DNA of 64,000 bases from Camelus ferus. Taxonomy: Eukaryota. The stretch is from NCBI RefSeq assembly GCF_009834535.1, contig NC_045697.1, forward strand, positions 120,406,001 to 120,470,000. The letters run 5' to 3'. Positions within the stretch are counted from its first letter, which is position 1. Each line of letters begins with the position of its first letter. A program made the translations under genes and the position numbers. This document shows, piece by piece, positions 38,701 to 52,432 of this stretch. A model generated the notes under the pieces. The model searched no databases, had not been told where the DNA came from, and was given only the letters and a program-made list of their open reading frames with translations.

Positions 38701-41700
38701 AATTGTGGAAACCTTTGAACACTCAGGATAACAGAACACATCTTCCTGTGTGTGATGGAGTAGGAAAACACACTCTAGGCATTTTTCTGGGGATCCAGGT
38801 TTTCCCAGGTTGGGAGATGTCGGCTAGTTTCCTTCAATGCCCATGGGGAGGCACTGTATTCTTCTTCATTTTCAAGCACAAATCCCAGATTTACCTTGCA
38901 GCATGAACTACTGAAACACCCATGGATGACTAATAAGTGATTCTATCAGAACCCCGTTGTTGCTGTCTTTTTGAGGAACCACACACACTCAAAATTCTGG
39001 AACATGGCTTTGCTTGGGGGGAGTTGTGGGGACCCAAACCACACAGATGCCTGGGGGTACAGGTTTTCCCTGTTTGGGAGAAGTCCACTAATTACATCTA
39101 CAGTTAATCTCTGGGCACTCGCTATTTGGCTTTCCAGACGAACCCCCTGCTTTCCCTCACAGCCCGCCCTGGATAACACTGAGATAATAAGCTATTTGTT
39201 CTATTGGAACCCAGGCACTGCAGACCGTTGTAGGATCCTCCGCACACCTAGTATAACAGCACACTTATTTTGTGTCTGATTGAGATGGTAAAACTCCACG
39301 CATGATTCATAGGGTACAGGTGTTCCTAGGTTGTGGGAGTTCAGATAATTCCCACTACTGCCCATGTGGATTTACTCACTCCTGCTTCTCTTTCTAGCCC
39401 ATCCCCCCATTTCCCTTGAATCCCAGCCTGAGTAAACACTCAGGAAATGCAGCTAAATATTCTATTAGAACCCAGGCACTGCTGACAGTTGTAGAAACAT
39501 CCCCATACACAGGGTAACAGGACACTTCTTAGTGTGTCAGAAGGAGATGTGTAAAAATTCTCCACAAATATTTCAAGCGGTACAAGTATTCCTATGCTGT
39601 GATAGGTCGGATAATTTACTCCAAATCCCATGGGGAGGCACTCTTCTTCTTCGCATTCCAGCACAACTCCCAGCTTTCCCTTTCAGCCGGGGTTAGGAAA
39701 AAAACCAGGGATGTCAAACTAAGTAATACTATCAGGACCACGGTGCTGCTATCTGATGGAGGAATTTCCAAACACTCAGGATTCTGGAATACTGGTCGGC
39801 TTGGGGGATTTTTGGAGCCCCAAAATAAACAGATGGCTGGAGCAAAGATTTATCCCTGTGAGAAGTTTGCTCTTTACCTACAGAGTCCATCTCGGGGCAG
39901 TCACTGCTAGTTGGATTTCCAGCCCAAACCCCAGCATTCCCTCACATCCCGGCCTGGGAAAACACTCAGGGATAATACCCAAGTTGTACTATTGGAACCC
40001 AGATTCCTCAGACAGTTGTAGGAACATCCCCACACCCAGGAAAGAGTACACTACTTTGTGTGTCTGATGGAATTGGGTAAACAAACTCCACGCATGTTTC
40101 AGGGGGCACAGGTGTTCCAAGGTATAGGGACATCGGTATACTACCTTAAATTCTCAAGGAGAGTAAATCGCTGCTGCTACGAATTACAGCCCAACCCACA
40201 GTTTACCTCGCAGCAAGGCTTGTGAAAACTCTCACGGAAAAGAATATACTGGTGCTATTAGAACCCAGGCGCTGCTGACGGTTGTAGAATCCTCCCCACA
40301 CTCAGGATAGCAGAACACGTCTTTGTGTGGGTGATGGTGTAGGAAAATACACTCCAGGCATATTTCTCGGGGTACAGCTGTTCCCAGGTTTGGAGATGTC
40401 ACCTAATTACCTCCACTGCCAATGGGGATGCACTCTCTACTTCTTCACTTTCCAGACCAACTCCCAGCATTCCTTTGCAGCCTGGAATAAGAAAACACCT
40501 AGGGATGACAATACTATTGATTATATAAAAACCACTGCATTGCTGTGCGTTTGAGGTACCCTACACACTCAAAATTCAGTAACAAGGCTTTTCTTCGGGG
40601 TTCTTGTGGGTCCCCAAACTATACAGATGCCTGGGGGCACAGGTTTTCCCTGTTTGGGAGAAGTCCGCTAATTACCTCTACATTCAAACTCTGGGCACTC
40701 ATTGCTATTTGGCTTACCATCCGAACCCCCAGCTTTCCCACGTAGCCCGCCCTGGAAAACACTCAGAGATAATAAGCTATTGGTTCTTTTGGAACGCAGG
40801 CACTGCAGACCATTGTAGGAACTTCCGCACACTCAGTATAACAGAACACACTTTTTGTGTCTGATAGAGATGTTAAAAAATCCACGCATGTTTCAGGTGG
40901 TACAGGTGTTCCTAGGTTGTGGGAGGTCAGATAATTCCCACTACTGCCCATGCAGATGTACTCGCTCCTGATTGGTTTTCCAGCACATCCCCCAGTTTCC
41001 CTTGCAATCCAGCCTGAGGAAACACTCAGGAAAGGAAGCCAAATTTTCTACTACAACCCAGGCGCTGCTGACTGTTGTAGAAACCTCCCCACACTAAGGA
41101 AAAGAGAACACTTCTTTGTGTGTGTGATGGAGTAGGAAAACACTCTAAAGGCATGTTTCTGGGGTGCAGGTGTTACCAGGTTCGGAGACGTTGGCTCATT
41201 ACCTCCACAGGCCATGTGGAGGAACTCTGCATTTCTTCATTTTCCAGAATTACTCCCAGCTATCCCTTGCATCTCGGGTTAGGAAAACACCCAGGGATGA
41301 CTGACTAAGTCATTCTATCAGAACCAGTGCACTGCTATCTGTTGGAGGAAATTCCACACACTCAGGATTCCGGAACACGGCTTTGCTTGTGGGGAGATGT
41401 GAAGCCCCACTTCACACTCATTGCTGGGAGCACATGATTTTCCCTGTTAGGGAGAAGTCCGCTAATTACCTCCATAGTCCATCTCGGGGCACTCGCTGCT
41501 ACTTGGATTTCCAGGCAAACCCCCAGGTTTCCCTCGCAGCCCGGTCTGGGAAAACACTCAAAGATACTATGCTATTGGGTGTTTTGGAACCGACTCGCTA
41601 CCTATCATTGTAGGAACTTTCCCACAACTAGGATAACAGAAGGAATCATTGTGTGTCTGATGGTGATGGGTAAACAAACTCCACGTATATTTCATGGGGT

Positions 41701-43494
41701 TCAGGTATTCCTAGCTTGTGGGCGTTTGGATAGTTAACTCCACTGCCCATGGCGAGGCACTCGCTGCTTCTTGGCATTCCAGCCCATCCCCCAGGTTTCC
41801 CTCACAGCATGGCCTGGGAAAACACTCAGGGAAAAGAAGCTACAGGTGGTATTAGAACCCAGGAAGTTAATGACAGTGTAGAAACCTCCCCACGCTCAGG
41901 ATAACACAACAAACCTTCATGTGTTTGATGATATAGGAAAACACACTCCAGGTATTTTTCTGGGAGTTCATGTGTTCCCAGGATGGGAGACGCCGGATAA
42001 TTACCTCCAATGCCCATGGGGAGACTCTCTGTTCTTCTTCGCTTTCCAGCCAAACTGCAAGCTTTCTCTTCCATCCCGGTCTTGGAATACACCCAGGGAT
42101 GACAATCTAATTGATTCTATCAGAACTCGGATGATGCTGTCTGATTTAGGAACTTGCACACGCTCAGGATTCTGGATCATGGCTATGCTTGGTGGGAGTT
42201 TTGGAGACCCACACCACAGAGATGGCTGGGGCCCAGGTTTTTCCCTGTTTAGGGAGAAATCCACTAATTACCTCCACAGTCCATCTCAGGTCACTCGCTG
42301 CTACATGGCATTCCAGCGCAAGTGCAGCACTCCCTTGCTGCCCGACCTGGGAAAACAATCAGGGATAATAAGCCAGAGATTCTATTGGAACCCAGATGCG
42401 GCAGACCATTGTAGGAAACTCCCAACACACAGGAAAAGAGAACACTTCTTTGTGTGTCTCATGCATATGGGTAAACAAACTCCACGCATGTTCAATGGAG
42501 TTAAGGTGTTCCTAGGTAGTGGGAGTTCGGATAATAACCTCCACTGCCCATGGGGAGGCACTCACTGCTGCTTGGCTTTCCAGCCCAAACCCCAGCTTCC
42601 CTCGCAGTCCCACTTGGTAAAACACTCAGGGAAAACAAGCAAATGGTGCTATTTTATACCCAGGCGGTGCTGAAATTTGTAGAAACCTCCCAACACTCAG
42701 GATAACAGAACACATATTTATGTGTGTGATGGAGAATGAAAACACAATCCAGGCATGTTTCTGGGGTACAGCTGTTCCCAGGTTTGGAGATGTCGGCTAA
42801 TTACCTCCACTTCACATTGTCAAGCACAATCTACTTCTACGCTTTGAAGACAAACTACCAGCTTTCCCTTGCAGCCCGGCCAAAAAAACACCTAGGGATG
42901 ACAATATTAGTGATTCTATCAGAAACCTGGCGCTGCTGTCTGTTGGAGGAATCTACACACACACAGGATTCCCAAACACGGCTTTGCTTGGGGGAGTTGT
43001 GAAGCCCCACTCCACACACAAGCCTGGGGCACAAGTTTTCCCTTTTAAGGAGAAGTCCGCTAGTTACCTCTACAGTCCATCTCTGGGCACTCGCTGCTAC
43101 TTGGATTTCCAGCCCAAACCCCAGCATTCCCTCGCATCCCGGCCTGGGAATACACTCAGGGATAATACCCAAGTTGTACTATTGGAACCCAGATGCCTCA
43201 GACCTTTGTAGGAACCTCCGCACACCCAAGAAAACAGTACAATTCTTTGTGTGTCTGATGGAATTGGGTAAACAATCTCCAAGCATGTTTCATGGGGCAC
43301 AGTGTTCCAAGGATTTGGGACTCGGAAAATTAACTCTAATCTCATGGGGAGTAACTCGCTGCTGCTATGAATTACAGCCCAACACACAGCTTTAAATCTA
43401 GCCAGGCGTGTGAAAACTTCACGGAAAAGAAAATACGGTCTATTAAGACCCAGGCACTGCTGAGAGTTGTAGAACCCTCCCCACACACTCAGGA
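23791..43494 (+). repeat. Old, diverged satellite A layer: X-Y-Z trimers, hybrid monomers and dispersed multi-monomer duplications
   Basis: The same monomer motifs continue but the 5040 and 8491 periodicities are lost. Local paralogous blocks occur at offsets of ~2120, ~9057, ~12760 and ~17273. Confidence 0.88.
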
Positions 43495-43594
43495 NNNNNN
43501 NNNNNNNNNNNNNNNNNNNNNNNNNNNNNNNNNNNNNNNNNNNNNNNNNNNNNNNNNNNNNNNNNNNNNNNNNNNNNNNNNNNNNNNNNNNNNN
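43495..43594. other. Assembly gap (exactly 100 N, the usual placeholder for a gap of unknown size)
   Basis: A run of 100 N separates the two satellite families. Confidence 0.99.
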
Positions 43595-46500
43595 CCCTTG
43601 CTGTGACATTCCATGTTCCAAAAAGTTACATGCATCACGGATTTGAAAAACTTCATTACAGAGTTTTAGCATGTGGATAACCGAACTTTCCTTCACCATA
43701 CAAGGCATATTTTACACTTAGAACATTTACTCTGATTTCCCAGCTTTTTTTTTTAGGCCAGTTTCGAAATGAGGCAGAATGTTCAGAAAAATCATCTTGA
43801 TGCAGTCCTAAAAAGTAGACATGTAGCTTACTTAGTTTTCCTCACCGTAAATTCCGTGTTCTGAACACGTTACATGAATCATGGATTCGACAAACATTCA
43901 TTACTGAGTTATGAGCATGTGGATTAACTTCTTTCATCCACCATAGAAGGCATATCACACCTAGAAACATTTACTCTGATTTCTCAACTTTTTCCTAAGG
44001 CCGTTTTCACAATGAGGCAAAATGCAGAAAAAATGCTCTTGGAGCCAGTTCACCAAACAATATTTAATTAACATAGTTTCCCCTCACTGTGAAATTCTGA
44101 TTTCCAAACACACTACATGCATTACGAATTCGAAAAAACATTCATTACTGAGTTGTGAGCATGTGGTTTAATGATCTTTCATCATCACCTTACAAGGCAT
44201 ATTTACACCTAGAAACATTTAATCTGATTTTGCAGCTTTTTCCTAAGGCCAGTTTCGAAAATGAGGCAGAATGTGCAGGAGAATTACTTTGCGCAAGTTC
44301 TACAAAAGAGAAATGTAATTTACTAGTTTTCTTCAAAGTAATATTCCGTGTTCCGAACACATTTCATGCATCATTGATTCGACAAACATTAATTATAGAG
44401 TTGAGATCATGTGGATTATAGAACTTTCATCCACCAAACAAGGCATATTTACACCTAGAAACTTTATGGTGATTTCATAGGTTTTCCTAAAGCCAGTTTT
44501 GAAAATGAGGCAGAATGCGCGGATAAATATACTTGGGGCGAGTTCTACCAAAGAGACATGAACGGTACACTTTCACTCACTGTGATGACATTCCATGTTT
44601 CGAACACGTTACATGTTATACGGTTTCGACAAACATTGATTACTAAGTTGTGGGCTTGTGGATTAATGATCTTTTATTCACCATATAGGGCATATTTATA
44701 CCTAGAATCATTTACAATTATTTTGATCATTTGTCTTAGGCCAGCTTCAAAAATGAGGCAGAATGCCCAGAAAAATACACTTGGAGCGAGTTCTACCCAA
44801 TTGACATGCACGGCACACTTTTTCTCACCGTGACATTCCTGTTCTGAACACGCTATATGCATCACAGATTCGACAAACATTCATTACAGAGTTGTGAGCA
44901 TGTGGATTTCAGAACTTTCATCCACCATACAATGGATTTTTCACGTGAATTCTTTACAGTGATTTCGCAGCTTTTCCTAAAGCCAATTTCTAAAATGGGG
45001 CTGAATGCAGAGAAAAATACTCTCGGTGCGAGTTCTACCCAAGATGCATGTAATTTACATAATTTCCCACACTGTGACCTCCCGTGATCCGAAAACTCTA
45101 CATGCATTATGAATTCGACGCATTGATTAGGGTTTTGTGACATGTGATACCGGACATTGATTCACGATACAGGGCATATTTTACACCTAGATATTTTACC
45201 CTGATTTCACAGGATTTTCCTAAAGCCAGTTTTGAAAATGAGCTGATGTGCAGAAAAATACTCTTGGAGTTATTTCTACCCAATAGACATGTCATTTACA
45301 TAGTTTCCTTCACCAAGTGACAGTTTCGTGTGTCGAAAACACTACATGCATCCCGAATTCGACAAACATTCATTACTGAGTTATGAGCATGTGGATTAAC
45401 GATCTTTCAATCACCATACAAGGCATATTTACACCTAGATACTTTTACTGTGATTTCGCAGGTTTTTACCAAGGCCAGTTTCGAAAAAGCTGCCGAATGC
45501 GCAGAAAATCCTCTTGGAGCGAGTTCTAACCAAGAGACATGTAATTTACATACTTTCCCACACTGTGATATCCCATGCTTCGATTACGCTACATGCACCA
45601 CGATTTTGACAAACATTCATTACTGAGATATGAACATGTGGATTAACGATCTTTCAACCACCTTACAAGGCATATTTACACCTAGAAAAATTTTCTCTGA
45701 TTTATCCTCTTTTTCTAGGGCCAGTTTAATAAAATGAGGCAGAATGCACTGAAAAATACTCTTGGAGCGAGTTGTTCCCAGTAGACACGTACGGTACACT
45801 TTCACTCACCGTGAGATTCCATTTTCTGGAAACAATACATACATTACCGATTTGATAAACATTCATTACTGAGTTATGAGCATGAGGATTACAGAACTTT
45901 CACATCCACCATAAAAGGCATAATTTCACCTAGAAAGAATTACATTGATTTATCAGGTTTTACCTAAACCCAGTCTAGAAAATGAAGCAGAATAGACAGA
46001 AATCCTCTAGGTGCGAGTTCTACAAAATAGACATTGAACTTACATAGTTTCGCTCACCGTAACATTCCCTGTTCCAAACACACTATATGCATCACAGATT
46101 CGACAAACATTCATTACAGTGTTGTGAGCATTTGGATAAAAGAACTTTCATCCACCGAAGAAGGCATATTTACACCTAGAAGCATTTACGGTGATTTCAC
46201 ATGTATTCCTAATGCCACTTTCGAAAATGGGGCAGAATGCACAGAAAAATACTCTTGGAGCGAGTTCTACCCAAGGAATATGTAATTTACATAGTTTCAC
46301 CACAGTGACATTCCGTGTTTTAAATACGCTACAAGCATCCCGGATTGACAAACATTAATTACTGAGTTGTGAGCATGTGGATTACCGAACGTTCATCCAC
46401 CATACAAGCCATATTTACACCAAGAACATTTACTCCAATTCACAATATTTCCTAAGGTCAGATTCGAAAATGAGGCAGATTGCACAGAAAAATCCTCTTG

Positions 46501-49500
46501 GAACATGTTCTATACAATAGATATTTAATTTACAAAGATTCCCTTGCTGTGACATTCCATGTTCCAAAAACGTTACTGCATCACGGATTTGAAAAACATT
46601 CATTACAGAGTTTTTAGCATGTGGATAACCGAACTTTCCTTCACCATACAAGGCATATTTACACTTAGAAACATTTACTCTGATTTCCCAGCTTTTTTTT
46701 TAGGCCAGTTTCGAAAATGAGGCAGAATGTTTCAGAAAAATCATCTTGATGCAAGTCCTAAAAAGTAGACATGTAGCTTACTTAGTTTTCCTCACCGTAA
46801 CATTCCGTGTTCTGAACACGTTACATGAATCACGGATTCGACAAACATTCATTACTGAGTTATGAGCATGTGGATTAACGGTCTTTCATCCACCATAGAA
46901 GGCATATATACACACTAGAAACATTTACTCTGATTTCTCAACTTTTTCCTAAGGCCAGTTTTCACAATGAGGCAAAATGCAGAGAAAAAATGCTCTTGGA
47001 GCCAGTTCTACCAAACAGATATTAACAACATAGTTTCCCTCACTGTGAAATTCTGATTTCCAAACACACTACATGCATTACGAATTCGAAAAAAACATTC
47101 ATTACTGAGTTGTGAGCATGTGGTTTAATGATCTTTCAATCACCTTACAAGGCATATTTACACCTAGAAACATTTAATCTGATTTTGCAGCTTTTTCCTA
47201 AGGCCAGTTTCGAAAATGAGGCAGAATGTGCAGGAGAATTAACTTTGCGCAAGTTCTACAAAGAGAATATAATTTACATAGTTTTCTTCAAAGTAATATT
47301 CCGTGTTCCGAACACATTTCATGCATCATTGATTCGACAAACATTAATTATAGAGTTGAGATCATGTGGATTATAGAACTTTCATCCACCAAACAAGGCA
47401 TATTTACACCTAGAAACATTTATGGTGATTTCATAGGTTTTCCTAAAGCCAGTTTTGAAAATGAGGCAGAATGCGCGGATAAATATACTTGGGGCGAGTT
47501 CTACCAAGAGACATGACGGTACACTTTCACTCACTGTGACATTCCATGTTTCGAACACGTTACATGTTATACGGTTTCGACAAACATTGATTACTAAGTT
47601 GGGGCTTGTGGATTAATGATCTTTTATTCACCATATAGGGCATATTATACCTAGAAATCATTTACAATTATTTTGCATCATTTGTCTTAGGCCAGCTTCA
47701 AAAATGAGGCAGAATGCCCAGAAAAATACACTTGGAGCGAGTTCTACCCAATTGACATGCACGGCACTTTTTCTCACCGTGACATTCCATGTTCTGAACA
47801 CGCTATATGCATCACAGATTCGACAAACATTCATTACAGAGTTGTGAGCATGTGGATTTCAGAACTTTCACATCCACCATACAATGGATTTTTACACGTA
47901 GAATTCTTTACAGTGATTTCGCAGCTTTTCCTAAAGCCAATTTCTAAAATGGGGCTGAATGCAGAGAAAAATACTCTCGGTGCGAGTTCTACCCAAGATG
48001 TCTGTAATTTACTAATTTCCCACACTGTGACACCATCCCGTGATCCAAAACTCTACATGCATATGAATTCGACGCATTGATTAGGGTTTGTGAGCATGTG
48101 GATTACCGGACATTGATTCACGATACAGGGCATATTTACACCTAGATATTTTACCCTGATTTCACAGGATTTTCCTAAAGCCAGTTTTGAAAATGAGGCT
48201 GAATGTGCAGAAAAATACTCTTGGAGTTATTTCTACCCAATAGAACATGTCATTTACATAGTTTCCTTCACGTGACAGTTCGTGTGTCGAAAACGCTACA
48301 TGCATCCCGATTCGACAAACATTCATTACTGAGTTATGAGCATGTGGATTAACGATCTTTCAATCACCATACAAGGCATATTTACACCTAGATACTTTTT
48401 GTGATTTCGCAGGTTTTTACCAAGGCCAGTTCGAAAAAGCTGCCGAATGCGCAGAAAATCCTCTTGGAGCGAGTTCTAACCAAGAGACATGTAATTTACA
48501 TACTTTCCCACACTGTGATATCCCATGCTTCGATTACGCTACATGCACCACGATTTTGACAAACATTCATTACTGAGATAAACATGTGGATTAACGATCT
48601 TTCAACCACCTACAAGGCATATTTACACCTAGAAAATTTTCTCTGATTTATCCTCTTTTTTCTAGGGCCAGTTATAAAAAGAGCAGAATGCCTGAAAAAT
48701 ACTCTTGGAGCGAGTTGTTTCCCAGTAGACACGTACGGTAAACACTTTCACTCACCGTGAGATTCCATATTCTGGAAACATACATACATTACCGATTTGA
48801 TAAACATTCATTACGAGTTGAGCATGAGGATTACAGACTTTCATCCACCATAAAAGGCATAATTTCACCTAGAAAGAATTACATTGATTATCAGGTTTTA
48901 CCTAAACCCAGTCTAGAAAATGAAGCAGAATAGACAGAAAATCCTCTAGGTGCGAGTTCTACAAAATAGACATTGAACTACATAGTTTCGCTCACCGTAA
49001 CATTCCCTGTTCCAAACACACTATATGCATCACAGATTCGACAAACATTCATTACAGTGTTGTGAGCATTTGGATAAAAGAACTTTCATCCACCGAAGAA
49101 GGCATATTTACACTAGAAGCATTTACGGTGATTTCACATGTATTCCTAATGCCACTTTCGAAAATGGGGCAGAATGCACAGAAAAATACTCTTGGAGCGA
49201 GTTCTACCCAAGGAATATGTAATTTACATAGTTTCACACACAGTGACATTCCGTGTTTTAAATACGCTACAAGCATCCGGATTGACAAACATTAATTACT
49301 GAGTTGTGAGCATGTGATTACCGAACGTTCATCCACCATACAAGCCATATTTACACCAAGAACATTTACTTCCAATTTCACAAATATTTCCTAAGGTCAG
49401 ATTCGAAAATGAGGCAGATTGCACAGAAAAATCCTCTTGGAACATGTTCTATACAATAGATATTTAATTTACAAAGATTCCCTTGCTGTGACATTCCATG

Positions 49501-52432
49501 TTCCAAAAACGTTACATGCATCACGGATTTGAAAAACATTCATTACAGAGTTTTTAGCATGTGGATAACCGAACTTTCCTTCACCATACAAGGCATATTT
49601 ACACTTAGAAACATTTACTCTGATTTCCCAGCTTTTTTTTTAGGCCAGTTTCGAAAATGAGGCAGAATGTTCAGAAAAATCATCTTGATGCAAGTCCTAA
49701 AAAGTAGACATGTAGCTTACTTAGTTTTCCTCACCGTAACATTCCGTGTTCTGAACACGTTACATGAATCATGGATTCGACAAACATTCATTACTGAGTT
49801 ATGAGCATGTGGATTAACGGTCTTTCATCCACCATAGAAGGCATATACACACCTAGAAACATTTACTCTGATTTCTCAACTTTTTCCTAAGGCCAGTTTT
49901 CACAATGAGGCAAAATGCAGAGAAAAATGCTCTTGGAGCCAGTTCTACCAAACAGATATTTAATTAACATAGTTTCCCTCACTGTGAAATTCTGATTTCC
50001 AAACACACTACATGCATTACGAATTCGAAAAAACATTCATTACTGAGTTGTGAGCATGTGGTTTAATGATCTTTCAATCACCTTACAAGGCATATTTACA
50101 CCTAGAAACATTTAATCTGATTTTGCAGCTTTTTCCTAAGGCCAGTTTCGAAAATGAGCAGAATGTGCAGGAGAATTAACTTTGCGCAAGTTCTACAAAG
50201 AGAAATATAATTTACATAGTTTTCTTCAAAGTAATATTCCGTGTTCCGAACACATTTCATGCATCATTGATTCGACAAACATTAATTATAGAGTTGAGAT
50301 CATGTGGATTATAGAACTTTCATCCACCAAACAAGGCATATTTACACCTAGAAACATTTATGGTGATTTCATAGGTTTTCCTAAAGCCAGTTTTGAAAAT
50401 GAGGCAGAATGCGCGGATAAATATATTGGGGCGAGTTCTACCAAAGAGACATGTACGGTACACTTTCACTCACTGTGACATTCCATGTTTCGAACACGTT
50501 ACATGTTATACGGTTTCGACAAACATTGATTACTAAGTTGTGGGCTTGTGGATTAATGATCTTTTATTCACCATATAGGGCATATTTATACCTAGAATCA
50601 TTTACAATTATTTTGCATCATTTGTCTTAGGCCAGCTTCAAAAATGAGGCAGAATGCCCAGAAAAATACACTTGGAGCGAGTTCTACCCAATTGACATGC
50701 ACGGTACACTTTTTCTCACCGTGACATTCCATGTTCTGAACACGCTATATGCATCACAGATTCGACAAACATTCATTACAGAGTTGTGAGCATGTGGATT
50801 TCAGAACTTTCATCCACCATACAATGTATTTTTACACGTAGAATTCTTTACAGTGATTTCGCAGCTTTTCCTAAAGCCAATTTCTAAAATGGGGCTGAAT
50901 GCAGAGAAAAATACTCTCGGTGCGAGTTCTACCCAAGATGCATGTAATTTACATAATTTCCCACACTGTGACATCCCGTGATCCAAAACTCTACATGCAT
51001 TATGAATTCGACGCATTGATTAGGGTTTTGTGAGCATGTGGATTAACCGGACTTGATTCACGATACAGGGCATATTTACACCTAGATATTTTACCCTGAT
51101 TTCACAGGATTTTCCTAAAGCCAGTTTTGAAAATGAGGCTGAATGTGCAGAAAAATACTCTTGGAGTTATTTCTACCCAATAGACATGTCATTTACATAG
51201 TTTCCTTCACCGTGACAGTTCGTGTGTCGAAAACGCTACATGCATCCCGAATTCGACAAACATTCATTACTGAGTTATGAGCATGTGGATTAACGATCTT
51301 TCAATCACCATACAAGGCATATTTACACCTAGATACTTTTACTGTGATTTCGCAGGTTTTTACCAAGGCCAGTTTCGAAAAAGCTGCCGAATGCGCAGAA
51401 AATCCTCTTGGAGCGAGTTCTAACCAAGAGACATGTAATTTCATACTTTCCCACACTGTGATATCCCATGCTTCGATTACGCTACATGCACCACGATTTT
51501 GACAAACATTCATTACTGAGATATGAACATGTGGATTAACGATCTTTCAACCATACAAGGCATATTTACACCTAGAAAAATTTTCTCTGATTTATCCTCT
51601 TTTTCTAGGGCCAGTTAATAAAATGAGGCAGAATGCACTGAAAAATACTCTTGGAGCGAGTTGTTCCCAGTAGACACGTACGGTACACTTTCACTCACCG
51701 TGAGATTCCATATTCTGGAAACATACATACATTACCGATTTGATAAACATTCATTACTGAGTTATGAGCATGAGGATTACATGAACTTTCATCCACCATA
51801 AAAGGCATAATTTCACCTAGAAAGAATTACATTGATTTATCAGGTTTTACCCCTAAACCCAGTCTAGAAAATGAAGCAGAATAGACAGAAAATCCTCTAG
51901 GTGGCGAGTTCTACAAAATAGACATTGAACTACATAGTTTCGCTCACCGTAACATTCCCTGTTTCCAAACACACTATATGCATCACAGATTCGACAAACA
52001 TTCATTACAGTGTTGTGAGCATTTGGATAAAAGAACTTTCATCCACCGAAGAAGGCATATTTACACCTAGAAGCATTTACGGTGATTTCACATGTATTCC
52101 TAATGCCACTTTCGAAAATGGGGCAGAATGCCACAGAAAATACTCTTGGAGCGAGTTCACCCAGGAATATGTAATTTACATAGTTTCACACACAGTGACA
52201 TTCCGTGTTTTAAATACGCTACAAGCATCCCGGATTGACAAACATTAATTACTGAGTTGTGAGCATGTGGATTACCGAACGTTCATCCACCATACAAGCC
52301 ATATTTACACCAAGAACATTTACTCCAATTTCACAAATATTTCCTAAGGTCAGATTCGAAAATGAGGCGATTGCACAGAAAAATCCTCTTGGAAACATGT
52401 TCTATACAATAGATATTTAATTTACAAAGATT
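43595..52432 (+). repeat. Satellite B 12-mer HOR, three copies (2946, 2939 and 2953 bp)
   Basis: Marker spacing is 43595>46541>49480>52433, with 12 monomers per unit. Confidence 0.92.

Larger units (their letters stand above)
1..43494 (+). repeat. Satellite A: tandem array of ~263-268 bp monomers, head-to-tail, three monomer types forming a ~797 bp trimer
   Basis: The motif AATTACCTCC or a variant recurs at about 315, 582, 850, 1118, 1381 and onward every 263-268 bp up to the gap. Type X carries GGGATGACAAACTAAGTGATTCTATCAGAAC and ends GGGAGAAGTCCGCT. Type Y starts CACAGTCCATCTCGGG and carries GGTAAACAAACTCCACGCATG. Type Z carries GGTGCTATTAGAACCCAGG and GGAGTAGGAAAACACACTCCAGG. Confidence 0.97.

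Noticed and set aside
43480..43610. Biological junction between satellite A and satellite B
   Set aside because: The families are separated by a 100-N gap, so their distance, orientation and even adjacency depend on scaffolding.
43595..43850. Common ancestry of A and B (similar monomer size; short shared words CCCACAC, GAACAC, ACAAAC, GCATG)
   Set aside because: The shared words are too short and inconsistently spaced, and base composition differs. A profile-profile alignment against shuffled controls would be needed.
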